Under the pieces are notes generated by a model, which saw nothing but the letters and a program-made list of their open reading frames with translations, made no database searches and had not been told where the DNA came from. The position numbers and the translations under genes are program-made. A stretch of 64,000 bases of DNA. It comes from Eledone cirrhosa (Eukaryota). The DNA is taken from the NCBI GenBank assembly GCA_964016885.1, contig OZ024757.1, positions 40,734,001-40,798,000 of the forward strand, written 5' to 3'. Within the stretch, counting starts at the first letter, position 1, and each line of letters opens with the position of its first letter. Below, piece after piece: positions 29,531 to 42,715 of the stretch.

Positions 29531-29802
29531 TTTAACTCTTTAAAAAATATATATATATTAGAAAGTGAGGTTTTTTTTACAAAATGGAAAAAAAAACGAG
29601 GGTGTCCTACACGAGTGAAAGTATAAGGAAAAAAGATGAAATCGAAAATGCAACTGGAGTCTTTTTAAAAACAAAATATTTATTCGGTTCCTTTACCGGT
29701 TTCGCAGTTCTTGTGTATTTCAAAAGTAGAATGGAGAGATGGAGGGTTTGTGGTTTTTAATAAAGACTGCAGTTGCGTTTTCGTTTTCATCTTTTTTTCT
29801 TA

Positions 29803-29850
<48 letters not shown>

Positions 29851-30062
29851 GTACATATATACATTGTTTCCGAAGAAGACGGTCAGATCGAACCAATATA
29901 TGAAGTATGAGAGCATGCAGCTATATAACCGCTATAGATCAGACAAAATGTCAATGTGATCAACCTTAAAACAACCGTTAAAACAATGATATGAATAGGT
30001 AAAATAACCCGACTTTGTTGTTTTTATTTTCATTACTAAATTAATATCTAATATATATATAT

Positions 30063-30729
30063 ATATAAGAAAATTGGAGTGCTGCGTGGTTGCATATGGG
30101 TTACATATGAATAAAATTAGTCCTTCATAAGTGATCTTCCAACTTTCATTGGTATTTCATCGCTTTAAAAATCATATACCTCTGGTTGGTGCGAGCAATA
30201 ACTAAATAAAGTTATTGAGACAAGTAAAATAAGGTGAAACGAGCGAGACATATAAACAAACAACGATGGTATTGCAACGGAAAGATAGGAAGAGACAAGT
30301 ACATGATATCTGTAAGCTTAAGCTTGGTGAATTCATAGACGAGAGATACAGACCATCCGACATGGGTGAAATGTGAGCGAGAAAAGGATTTCACACAGGT
30401 CAAACGGGAGGAAGTGAGAGACGGGAGAAGCAGAGAGTGAGTGAGTGGAAGTATGAGGAAGAGACCAGCCGAGAGAGAGTGTGACTGGCATAGGGGGTAA
30501 AAAGAAGGTGAGAGATACAGAGAGAGGGCAAGCAGTAAGAAAGAAACAGACAATCGCAGCTGAGGAAAAAATAAAAATATAAGAAAAGTGGAGTGTTGCG
30601 TGGTTGCACATGGGTTACATATGAATAAAATTAGTCCTTCATCAGTGATCTTTCAACTTTCATTGGTATTTAATCGCTTTAAAAATCATATACCTCTGGT
30701 TGGTGCGAGCAATAACTAAATAAAATTAT
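30063..30729. repeat. ~150-bp direct repeats (30063-30217 and 30577-30731) flanking a GA-rich core
   Basis: ATATAAGAAAA.TGGAGTG.TGCGTGGTTGCA...GCAATAACTAAATAAA occurs twice at roughly 93% identity by eye. Confidence 0.85.
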
Positions 30730-30737
30730 TGGGACAA

Positions 30738-30815
<78 letters not shown>

Positions 30816-31371
30816 CAAGAAAGTACGTTTTGAAACTGAGTGAGTTTGAAATTAGAAATAGAATCTTTCGCCGCATTTATTTCACCACTTATTAACCTGA
30901 TAGTAGTTTTCTAAGCCCCACTATCAGGCTAAAATTTTGTTAGACAGAATAAACGGCGAACGCTTCTTTCCTTATATATATATATTTATATATATATATA
31001 TATACATATATATAAGTGTGAATGTGCCAGTGTTTGTGTATGTGTGCGTGTGTGTGTGTCTGATTGTTTATCAGTTTTAGTCTATATCTATGTGTTCTCA
31101 TGTTGTGTCAGTGTGGATGTGCCAGTGTATGTGTGTGTGTTTATGTGTGTGTCAGTGAATGTGTACATGTGTATCTGTGTAAGTCTGTACGGATGTATTT
31201 ATAATTTAATATTTGCAAGAAAATGGCGCACTTTTTACTTTTCTCTTAGGCCATATTTTAAAATGGAAGAAAAAAATAACTTGAAATTATAGAAAAAATT
31301 ATGTCCACAAAAAATAGTTACACGTAATTGTTGGTCTTATTGATTATATTCCAGCCGTCGTCTCTTATCTA

Positions 31372-31419
<48 letters not shown>

Positions 31420-31450
31420 TATTATTATTATTATTATTATTATTGTTATT

Positions 31451-31998
31451 CCTTGAATCTCAGTCATTGATGTTGGTTAACTGGAAAGTCCGTTGGATTG
31501 AATATCAAGCCACTACCTGCAGCCTCAGATATTCAGGACGTATCGGAGGGTTCTTGCCGTTCCAAGCAAGCATGCCTTTTGAAGCGTTCCAAAAAGCGTG
31601 AAGGGGCCGATTTTCTTTAACCATCCCTGGAAACCTTTGGAGATAGTCCCCAGTGCGCCTATGACAATCGGGATCACTTTGACTTCATGGCAGTTCCAAA
31701 TCCTTTTCACCTCCCACTTTAGGTCCTGGTATCGGTTAATTTTCTCCCTCTCCTTCTCTTGCACTCTCGTGTCGAACGGGCAGGCCACATCCACAATCAG
31801 GCACGATCTTTTTTCTTTGTCCACAACCACCAGGTCAGGTCTATTGTATTCCAGTTTTTTGTCCGTCTGTATCCTAAAATCCCACAGCACCTTCACCTGA
31901 CTGTTCTCCATCACCGCCTCTGGCCTATGCTCATACCATTTCTCAGAATGTGGTAGATTGTTTACTTTGCACAGGTGCCAGTGGATCACCCTGCCCAT
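31451..31998 (-). mobile_element. 5'-truncated R4/Dong-like non-LTR retrotransposon (restriction-like endonuclease C-terminus plus 3' UTR) in (TAA)n
   Basis: IHWHLCK...WYEHRP...VLWDFRIQTD...NRPDLVVVDK...IVDVACPFD...EKINRYQDL...IPIVIGALG is a PD-(D/E)xK RLE domain. Stop at 31525. Flanked by (ATT)n. Confidence 0.9.
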
Positions 31999-32001
31999 CA
32001 C

Positions 32002-32034
<33 letters not shown>

Positions 32035-32047
32035 CATTATTATTATT

Positions 32048-32325
32048 CTTTGAGTCTCAGTCATTGATGTTATTTAACTGGAAGGTTTGTTGAAATGAAT
32101 ATCAAGCCACTACCTTCAGTCTCAGATATTCAGGACGTATCGGAGGGTTCTTGCTGTTCCCAGCAAGCATGCCTTTTCAAGTGTTCCAAAAAGCGGGGCG
32201 GGACCAATTTTCTTTAACCATCCTTCGAAACTCTTTGAGATAGTACCTAGTGCGCCTATGACAATCGGTACCACTTTCACCTCATGGCAGTTCCAAATCC
32301 TTTTTACCTCCCACTTTAAGTCCTG

Positions 32326-32328
<3 letters not shown>
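32048..32328 (-). mobile_element. Second, shorter R4/Dong-like 3' fragment in (TAA)n
   Basis: Clearly similar to 31451-31732 (YQDLKWEVKRIWNCHEVK...). Confidence 0.9.
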
Positions 32329-32365
<37 letters not shown>

Positions 32366-32382
32366 TATTATTATTATTATTA

Positions 32383-32570
32383 AGGGCAGTGGTTTGGCAG
32401 TATCGGTGGAGCGTCAGACACCATGCTTTGCAGCATAGAGTTACGGCCCTTTGCGTTCTGAGTTCAAATCCCGCCGAGGTTAAATTTGCCTTACAACCTT
32501 ACGGGGTTGATAAAATAAAGTACCAGTAATGCACAAGGGTAAATGCTGGCCTTGTGCCAAGAGTAGAAAC
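32383..32570 (+). mobile_element. SINE family 1
   Basis: GGCAGTGGTTTGGCAGTATCGG head, GAGTTCAAATCCCGCCGAGG B-box, GATAAAATAAAGTACCAGT, (ATT)n tail. Confidence 0.88.
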
Positions 32571-32591
32571 ATTATTATTATATTATTACTA

Positions 32592-32790
32592 TCATCGGTA
32601 GAGAGTCCGACACCATTCTTTGCCGCATAGAGTTACGGCCCTTTATGATTTGATGTCAAATCCCACCGAGGTTAACTCTGCCTTTCATCCTTACGGGGGT
32701 CGATAAAATAAAGTACCAGTCACGCACTGGGGTCGATTTAATCGACTTTCCCCTCCCCCAAAATTGCTGGCCTTGTTCCTATGTAAGAAA
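32592..32790 (+). mobile_element. SINE family 1
   Basis: Second tandem copy with an (ATT)n tail. Confidence 0.85.
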
Positions 32791-32791
32791 C

Positions 32792-32827
<36 letters not shown>

Positions 32828-33089
32828 AATCTATGTAATGATAACCATTTTAAAATATATCCTGTCTTCTCACTTTGTATAAGAAGTCATTGTCCGCCAA
32901 TGTCGAGTGGAAAGGGAGACAGTATTTAAAGTTTAATTCAAAACTTTAAATGGAAAGACTATTTTTTTGTTGTTGTTTACTTTGAAAGGGAATTTTTTTT
33001 AATCATCTATTCTAGCTTATTTATTGACCGTGTCTCAGAAATGGACTTATTGTACCTATCAGCATATTCAGTTTAAAAGCATTTAAAAT

Positions 33090-33110
33090 ATATTTATATC
33101 TCGACAAGTA

Positions 33111-33207
<97 letters not shown>

Positions 33208-33272
33208 TATATGTATATATTTGAGATACTTGTCGATATATAAATATATATATATATATGAGATACTTGTCG

Positions 33273-33336
<64 letters not shown>

Positions 33337-33345
33337 TACTTGTCG

Positions 33346-33377
<32 letters not shown>

Positions 33378-33390
33378 GAGATACTTGTCG

Positions 33391-33402
<12 letters not shown>
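33090..33402. repeat. GAGATACTTGTCGATATATAAAT units separated by variable (TA)n; 4 direct copies plus 1 inverted
   Basis: Direct copies at ~33223, 33260, 33333 and 33378; inverted TCGACAAGTATCTC at 33101. Confidence 0.9.
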
Positions 33403-33455
<53 letters not shown>

Positions 33456-33540
33456 CATATATATGTGTATACACTTAATATACTTATATGCATATGTACA
33501 TAGATATATATACTTATATCATACACACACACATATATAT

Positions 33541-33638
<98 letters not shown>

Positions 33639-33992
33639 TAAATAAATCTCGAAATATATTTTCTGAAAGGCAGCTAGCGAAAATAGAACATTATTGGAAG
33701 GTATTAGTAATATTTAGTTAAATTGACAGAATAAAAACGAGAAGCATAATGAAGATCAGCTTCAGGCTAATGTATTTGACCACTTAAGTCATTTAAAATT
33801 TAGTTTTATCCAAAAAGTGTCTAACTTTCAATGGCAGTCTTTGACGTTTTTCTGTTGGAAAAAATTTTAAGTACTTCGTTTCGATAATAAAATACCATCA
33901 ATCAATCAAAAAGTTAATAGTATTAATCGATGAAAAATATATCGATCTATGTATGTATGTTTCTAATTTCATTTACATTCGTTTTATATATT

Positions 33993-34024
<32 letters not shown>

Positions 34025-34106
34025 AAGAGACATATATATATCGATATAGATATATGTATATATATACATACATATATGTATATATATATATATATATATA
34101 CGTATA

Positions 34107-34147
<41 letters not shown>

Positions 34148-34167
34148 ATATACATACATATATACAT

Positions 34168-34211
<44 letters not shown>

Positions 34212-34214
<3 letters not shown>

Positions 34215-34382
34215 TAAATGGTCAGGACCCCGACGGCTGATCTTCGACCGTTTCGACAGCTATCTCTGAGCTCAGCCGTCGGTGTCCTGGCTCTTTTCCT
34301 ATTAGCAACTCTAATACCCATAGTATCGAGTACTCTGGTGCGTTATGGTCCACCTGGTTCCTTATCACAGTTCCTTCGTTAT
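34212..34382 (+). mobile_element. Family A Penelope-like fragment with a short 5' inversion
   Basis: AGGACCCCGACGGCTGA...TCAGCCGTCGGTGTCCT, then the family A tail ending TTCCTTCGTTATA. Confidence 0.72.
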
Positions 34383-34656
34383 ATATCTATATCTGTTAAA
34401 TATTTTCTTTCCTCCTATCTCCTGATGAAGGACTGGTGTGCAAAACCTTTGAATCCTTTCTTACTTCATGAATATTTAAACTAATATATTTCTTCATTGT
34501 ACTGTGACGTTTGCTTCTATATTTCTGTTTTCTTTCTGCATGCATAACGAGGATGTAGTTTATGGAACACCCAAATGATTTAGAAGTCGATCTTAAGTAG
34601 GAGCAATAACATTAAAAAAGACATCAACAACACCAGACCATTTTGTATTCAAAATA

Positions 34657-34965
34657 TTGAAAGTAGGTTTATAAGTATGACTTTTCAGCAGACTTTAGTA
34701 GTTGACTGAGTGGTCTAGTGGTAGGTACTAGACACGGTGGAGATCTTGTTCTTGGGTTCAATCCTGGTCAAGAGGAACATGTAATCTTTTTCAGTTTTTA
34801 TTTTACATGAAATAGAAAAAAACTAAAAAGGATTACCGGGAACCCTACTCCCTACCATGATCGAATCCCAGACCAGGATCACCACCGGCTGTGATTCTTC
34901 CAGCTAGGCCACCGAGACAGCTACCAACGTATAATGAAAATTAATAATTATAAACCTATTTTCAA
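34657..34965. mobile_element. Inverted dimer of the satellite's tRNA-like monomer (MITE-like)
   Basis: Termini TTGAAAGTAGGTTTATAA...TTATAAACCTATTTTCAA. Both halves align to the 282-bp monomer, including the A and B boxes. Confidence 0.75.
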
Positions 34966-35580
34966 AGTTAAAAAGATGTGTGATGTTCATGGCTTCCCTA
35001 GAGCTGTTAGTCATATTTAGGGTCGACTTGTCAATCTTCTGGCTCTTTGGTAGCAACCTTATTATTCCTATATGTGTTTAACTGATGAATTAATTTAATT
35101 TGATTATTTTAATAAACTTATAACAGACACTCAATACAAATATATCGTGACAAATGTACTGGATGTGAAACGTGGAACTTTCTTATTCTACACACACACA
35201 TATTTGATCTACACAGAAAATATCTCCGCATTGCAACCACCATAATATAATAACACACCCGGTTTAAGTGCTTGTATTTTGTATGCAACACCCAGCATTC
35301 ATATATGCTTGATACTTTTGCTTGTTCAATTAGTTTATATATGACTAACGCACGTACTGTGACTTTCATTTTATCTATTTACTAGACGGTCTTGTATTAT
35401 CTGTCACATGTGCTCCACCAAAAGCTTTTAATTTTAATTTTGAATCTTATTGTACAATTATAGTATAACATAATATATGTCACATCCATCCCACACTGTT
35501 GTCCACAATATGTATCTGTATGATTCTTCAGCGGAATAGGAGGCTGATTATATGTACAAACATTATTAATAATGCTCCGA

Positions 35581-35765
35581 TGGCGGTGGATTGGCAGTAT
35601 CGGTAGAGGGTCGGACGCCAAGCTTTCCAGCATAGTTACGTCCCTTTACGATCTGAGTTCAAATCCCGCCGAGGTTGACTTTGCCTTTCATCCTTACGGG
35701 GTCGATAAAATAAAGTACCAGTAATGCACTGGGTAATTGCTGGCCTTGTGCCTAAAGTAGAAACA
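35581..35765 (+). mobile_element. SINE family 1, full-length with a 19-bp target-site duplication
   Basis: ATTATTAATAATGCTCCGA at 35562-35580 and 35766-35784. tRNA head and GCCTTTCATCCTTACGGGGTCGATAAAATAAAGTACCAG body. Confidence 0.92.
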
Positions 35766-35914
35766 ATTATTAATAATGCTCCGAAGACCTCAAGCCTAGG
35801 CTTGGAAGAAACAATTGTCAGCAATTAAATGTTCTAACATAGTTTTGATTCTTGTGTATTCTATATATATTTATATATATTAAAATAAAAGATTATATTA
35901 CTATAATAAAAGAT

Positions 35915-35971
<57 letters not shown>

Positions 35972-36024
35972 GAGAGAGAGAGAGAGAGAGATACACGGGT
36001 GTGTATGACTGTGTATAGAAGATT

Positions 36025-36261
36025 ATATTAATAAGAGGAATTTCAACTTTGTCTGATTTACTCGTTTTATTTACAATCCTTTAACATTTATAATGGTATT
36101 ATAATGAAATAGAACCTGAAGATTGCGAAAGCATGAAAGTACTTGTCCAATTAACACTTAACATTTAATATTCTATCATACTATTTCATTATAATACCAT
36201 TATAAATGTTAAAGGATTGTAAATAAAACGAGTAAATCAGACAAAGTTGGAATTCCTCTTA

Positions 36262-36268
<7 letters not shown>
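36025..36268. mobile_element. Palindromic element with 88-bp arms and a hammerhead-like motif in the spacer
   Basis: Arms 36025-36112 and 36181-36268. CTGAAGA-tTGC gaaa GCAt-GAAAG-ta-CTT at 36116-36144. Confidence 0.72.
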
Positions 36269-36325
<57 letters not shown>

Positions 36326-37452
36326 CAAGGCACGTAAGTCACGATGGTCCCTCTTTCCCACCCTCTCTCTTTCTCTCCCGCTCTCTTTCTCTCATTTGCT
36401 CATGTTTTCCTGCAAAACGAAAAACGAAAGAAAGACACCGTAACATAAAACTGAATGCCTTGTCCTCTCCATAACTCTTTATCTGAAACATAGAGACAAA
36501 ACGGACAGGACTAAAATTCTTTGATCGCTGGTCAGACAAATCATCTTTTTAACACAAGAAGTTATCTTTGTAGAACCATTAATGCCAATAGGAAAACACA
36601 AACCAAAAAAATATTTTAAAAAAATTATCATTACTGTTATTTTAGTAATGTATTATTATCGGGTACGTGTTGAACAACTATAGTTTTATCATTTGTGGCG
36701 AACGACATTTATATTATATTTTTATATTTTTTATTCCTTATTTTTTTTTTTTTTTAGTTTTGTCATTTTTCTGTCTTAATCAATTCCTTCCTATCTCTGT
36801 TTCCAAGTTGTTGTGCATTTTATTTTTATTTTTTGTAACAATATTTTTTCAGTTCTCCTCAACAGAAATCTCATTCAATTCGAAGAGATGATCTTATTTT
36901 CTCTTTTTCCATTTTCTTTTTATTTTATTGTCATTCTTTTCCTTTTTATTCTATTTTATTTTATTTTATTGTTTTGTTTTTTTGTCTTTTTTTTCTCGCA
37001 TTTTTTTTATTTTTATTTTTGGTTTCCATTTTTGTGCGACATAACAGTTTCATATCTAAAACGTGTGTTTGATCTGTACGAATTTCGACTCTCATCAAAA
37101 TTGCACATTTTCTTCGATCTATTCATAATCCTTGGCTTCTGTATTATATTTTATGTAAAAATATAAACAAAATTTTCAACGTTCCTATTTGTTTTGCTTT
37201 TTCTTTTACTCGCCAAAGCATTTTTATATCACTCATAATCATTTTTTTTTTAAACATCTTTATTGGATAAAAAAAATATTACGATAAACATTCTTTTTTC
37301 TGATTCATATTGGACTTTTCATATCATTCGTTCCTATCATTCTTAATCCGAGCTGACGTTATTTTTGCTGATAACATATTCTTTCATAAAGGTGCTACGA
37401 AATATTGGATGGATGAGGCGGACACAACCCTCGTGATAATATATACATACAT

Positions 37453-37520
<68 letters not shown>

Positions 37521-37667
37521 TCATTTTATTATGGCTAAATAGTGTGTCTTGTTACTCTAGAGTTTCACATGTTTTTCTGTTAGACGTTTAAATATACATT
37601 TTATTAATAAAATGTATATTTAAACTCTACATTGAATATTGAATACTCTTCTCTCTCAGCCGTCAAC

Positions 37668-37761
<94 letters not shown>

Positions 37762-38749
37762 TATATAAATATATATATATATGGAGGGAGATGTGAGTGA
37801 GGTTGTGTATGTATGTTTGTGTAAGTATGTGTGTGTAACTCTGTGTATGCGCATGTACATGTGTGTAAGTCTTTTTATGTATGTGTGTACGTATACGTAT
37901 GTGTGTACACGTGTGGCAATAATGAGCCCGAGTTAAACGTTGCTGTTTTTCCTTGGTTAACTGTTTCCTTATATGGCCTGATCCATGCGTAACCGAAACG
38001 CTTCACTTAGTTTTGGCATGAACCTTCATTGTAATGGTGGCACAATTTCTAATGAATTTTCTTTATTCTCTGCACGACAGAAAATACGTCTTTGTACAAA
38101 GATACTTTCTCTCTCTTCCTCGTAATATAACGAATGTCACAGCGATAAATTCGTATTTTCATTGGGTTAAAGGAATATGAACAATTTCTTTCTGGGTAAG
38201 GTATTGATATATCAAAGCTAATATTTTCTAGGTATATCTCACTGTTTATGTTAGTGCAGTGAGCAATATGAAAAGTGTAATTTAGAGCTTATACATTTAT
38301 ACTGGTTCAGTTCTGCATTCTGTGATGTTTTATCTCATAGGTTGTTTCTTGAATGTTTAGATGATAGGGTCCTCAGTTTAATTGTGAAAATCAGCGTGAT
38401 ATAAAACGTCTTTGTACAGCAACACAATGTATATTTCAGTCAAGTAAGTAAATCGATAGCCTTATATTCATGCGTCCAAATCCCTAACATTAAGTCAACG
38501 TACCATCACAGTAGAGTGTATACAGAGTGTCCTTAAAGGTTGGGCGCAGAGATACATAGGCAATATATATATTTTCAATAAGACAAATTCAACACCATTT
38601 TGGAATAGAATATAAATAATTAGAATTTTCAATGTGAGTCCCAATATTTCGGATGGAGGTTTGATACAACGTTCGATGCAAAGTTCGATGCCCTTTGAGA
38701 GATTCACGTGAACACGATGTATTGACTCCACATTTCTGTTCTGACAAAT

Positions 38750-38850
38750 GAAGGCGTGTCGCTGATTGGTTAGAGAACTGGATTCGCAATCGTGACGTTG
38801 TCAATTCGATTCCTGGACCAGTGGATACGTTATGTCTTTCTACCTGGAGC
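38750..38850 (+). mobile_element. SINE family 2, 5' fragment
   Basis: GAAGGCGTGTCGCTGATTGGTTAGAG...TTCGATTCCTGGACC. Confidence 0.65.
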
Positions 38851-38984
38851 TGCGACCGATAGATAGTATTAACAATTGAAAAGACATACGGAAACATTGT
38901 TTCCTCGGTCCGATTTGACGAAAGTCGATCGACTCCTTCTGTTTTGACTTTAGGGATACACTGCAGAAATAAACCTTAAATATG

Positions 38985-39046
<62 letters not shown>

Positions 39047-40489
39047 GGACGACGCCACATCGGCAGATTTCAAATGAGAACATTTTATTGATGGATGTTA
39101 CAAATTATATAATTACTGAGACGTAAATAGCCAGAATTTATCGGTATTTGATAAAGTTCTTAATGAGCTTATATTGCGTGCCTGCAATCATGTTGGAATG
39201 GGTAGGATTTGGGCTTCACAATCAGCAGGACCCAGCTTCAATTCAACTCAGTCATATCTCGGGTAAATTGTTTTTCGGCCTTGTTTTACCACTATACAAT
39301 CAGGTTTAGTGAAATTTGGTAGATGACATCTAACTGTTTAGAAACCCATAGAATGATCAATCCCTGTGATTGAATGGTTCCATCTAGTCCCACCCTATGT
39401 CACGTAGAATCTCCCTGAGAAATGATTGCTTCAAGAAAAGACGTGTCTTTGGAATATTCAGCCCATTACAGCACGAGCTACATTCAAAATTGGGGAACTT
39501 ATCCGTTGTTTGGCCAATTGAAATACTCACTGTCGAAATTCGGTAAAAATCTTTAAATATTTCGCATTGTTTTCAAATGTAAATAAGATTATATGTCGTG
39601 GAGAGACAAGAAAATTGTTATTTAGAGTCAATACTTATGATGAGTTGTTTGTTTGTTGTTGCTGTTGTCAATGGATAAACATCTTTCTTTTAAAACATTA
39701 AAACAACATTTCCCTCCCCGACAAATGTTTTGCTCCGAACGTCAGTACATTAGTCTCCAGGAGAAATACAAATTTAACGAAACGTATCATCTATGATAAA
39801 TAATGGCGATATATCATTTATATTCGATATGTGATGGAGCATTGCACATTATGCATTAATCTTTAGATAATGATCCAAATGTTGCGATAATAAGTAATAG
39901 CAAGGGACCTTGGAACTTTCGATATATAGCACATATATACAGCCCAAGCTTATAATACACTATAGCGTTTGTCCTGTCAAATGCGTTTATTTTAGATTGC
40001 TAGTGGGCCATTATTTCCATGATTGAATGCTTATTTGTTCATGGAATACGTAGTGCAGTCATTAATTTAGGCTTTGAAATTCTTCCTTTAATAGGATCCT
40101 TACAAGTAGTTTCAAGATGGATGGAAATTATAGCTATAAATTATTGAGAAAAGACATAATATAAATTCCGATATAGTGTATATATATTATAAATCTTCCA
40201 TCTTCCAGCTTTCATCTTTGTGTGGTGTAACGTAATTTGTATATAAATATTCCGTTTTGTATATGGCTACCGAGGGTTAAGATTGATGCATAATTTCCTT
40301 ACTGTCCAGGTGATATATGCACTCAAACATGATATATGAGATTCCAATAACTTATCAATTAGGTCGCCATTTCCATTTGGCAAATTGGACAAGAGTCAAC
40401 GATTGGAGGATCTCTATGAGCTTGTTACATCTGCTAGAAAAAACAAACAAACCTCCCTCAAATCATACACTTATGGTTAAAACCTGTTT

Positions 40490-40765
40490 TAAGCCGAAGG
40501 CTCATCTGGCTGGTTATTATTCCCGTTTTTCTTGGCGCTAAGTGGGTGGAAGTACAAGACTCTCCAATGACATGGCGCCGGTCTCTCGCAAGAATCACTA
40601 ACCAGTTAAGTTATTGTTCTTACGCATCTTAAGCCGAACGTTCTGTAGCAACGTGTTATACAGTGTTTTGCACAAAAGGACAACACAGCCTGTCCAGATA
40701 TCAAACCGACGACATAAATATCCCACGTCAAGACTGCTAAACATTAGGCCATACGACTTCAGCAA
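40490..40765 (-). mobile_element. SINE family 2, diverged copy
   Basis: Reverse complement contains GGTTTGATATCTGGACAGGCTGTGTTGTCCTTTTGTGCAAAACACTG...CACGTTGCT. Confidence 0.6.
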
Positions 40766-40796
40766 GAGTACAAAGAGTTGACATGAAGCGTAATAA

Positions 40797-41015
40797 GGTT
40801 TCTTATATAGGCACAAGGCCAGCAATTTTTTGGGGGGTGGGGGTAAGTCGATTAAATCGAACCCAGTGCTTGACTGGTACTTTATTTTATCGATCCCGTA
40901 AGGATGAAAGGCAAAGTTAACCTAGAGGGATTTGAACTCAGATCATGAAAGGCCGTAACTCTATGCTGCAAAGCATGGCGTCCGACTCTCTACTGATACT
41001 GCCAATTCACCGCCC
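40797..41015 (-). mobile_element. SINE family 1, full-length
   Basis: Near-identical in layout to 20101-20315. Confidence 0.88.
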
Positions 41016-41234
41016 TGACATGAGACGTAATATAATTGTATATATACAACGCATGGGAAACGAAGCGAAAGTAACGCAGCTGTGACGCCATTTATTAAAG
41101 CCTCGCTCAATCAAATCTTAACCTGAACTAATCACAAACAGCAGCAGTAGCAGCAGCAGCAGCAAATAATCCCTTTTAAATTCGACATAACTATGTTCTC
41201 TTGTGTTATTGTACGTTTTAGTTTAATTAAGTAC

Positions 41235-41345
41235 GGAACAAGTCACCATGGTTGGATAATATCCACGACCTCGGCGGATCTCGCTTGGAGATCCAACAGG
41301 ATCAATTAGAAACGCTTACCTCTGATAGAACCCGCTGGAGTGTAT
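41235..41345 (+). mobile_element. RTE-clade LINE 3' relic
   Basis: Translates to WLDNIHDLGGSRLEIQQDQLETLTSDRTRW, the RTE C-terminal W.D...DR..W pattern. Confidence 0.55.
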
Positions 41346-41371
41346 GAAGACTGTGTCCATGTAACTCTCTC

Positions 41372-41490
41372 AAAAAGGATGAAAGAGGCAAAGTTGACCT
41401 CGGTGGGATTTGAACTCAGAAAGCATAAAGCCTGAACGAAAACCATAAAGCACTCTAGCCGACGTTCTAACGATTCTAGCATTTCGCCGC
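41372..41490 (-). mobile_element. SINE family 1, 5' half
   Basis: Reverse complement of GAGTTCAAATCCCACCGAGGTCAACTTTGCCTCTTTCATCC. Confidence 0.75.
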
Positions 41491-42460
41491 AGTAACAGAT
41501 TAAAATACTCTAAAAGAACGAAAGCATGTTTACTTATTAAATGTTTGCTGCGCACGTCACATTAAGTACGTTAGCACTTAGACAGCTAAAATATTTACAC
41601 TCCGGGTAAAATTGAGTCAAACAGTTTTTCACCGTCTGGATGACAAGTTAAGTAAATATTATTCTATTACTAAACTGTTATATTTGTGAAGATAGTAAAT
41701 TGTTAATATCACATTTCTTTTATAAGAACTTCGTAGAAAAATATATATTTAAAATTTTAATATCCATATTCCCACTTGAACAGGTAAATGGTATTGTATG
41801 TTATGAAATATATATTTTTTTAAATCTGACAGACGAAATAATAATATATGTCTGTATAGAAGGAAAAATGTGACGACGAAATAAGTACATACCCATAATT
41901 GCTCGTCACTCAAACAGACAAGCACACAAACACAGACACTCACACATACACACATAAGAGACGAAGCTTATCGAAAAGAATGGACACAAACTTTGGTCAT
42001 TTTCTCACTCAGACAATAATCTAATTAAGTGCGTATTGTTAAAATTCAAACCCAACTAATTAGAGTGTACACATACGTTAATCAGTGATGAAGACGATTT
42101 TGTGTTGGTAGGAAAATTAAGATACCCAGCCGAAGAATCAGTTTTTGCTGGCAGCCTTCAGAGTGGAAACACCATGTGCAGATAATTATGTAACGTTAGT
42201 ATACATTACGAAGTTGAGAGGGGAACCGAGTCATCAGCGGGAGTTTTCCTACCTGTGATGGAAAAATCCATATGGCGTTTTAGTAATCCCATTTCTGAAC
42301 GCAAGTGAAAGTAGTAGTTCTCAACTTCTAGTGACGCGTGACATCACATCAAAGAAAAGATAAGGCATATATATATATATGGAACAGCTGAATCTGTATA
42401 TATATATATATATATTAAGAGAGTAAAACAAAGAAGCCTTCAATACATCAAAAGTCTTTA

Positions 42461-42503
42461 TTAGCCGATAATGTTTCGTCCTATTAAGGACTCATCAAGG
42501 CAA
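42461..42503 (-). ncRNA. Minimal hammerhead, C3U variant
   Basis: GCC-TTGATGA-GTCC ttaata GGAC-GAAAC att ATC-GGC, followed by AATAAA. Confidence 0.65.
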
Positions 42504-42624
42504 TTAAAACAACAAGAAGTAATATCGGCAGATACAAGCCGGAATCTCCGAAGAATATGGGGTGTACATACACTAAAGTATTGCAAAAATACTGTTTAAC
42601 TCCAACACGCTCCAGTATTTTAAC

Positions 42625-42715
<91 letters not shown>

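Noticed and set aside
33220-33402. CRISPR-like repeat-spacer pattern
   Set aside because: The spacers are only (TA)n of varying length.
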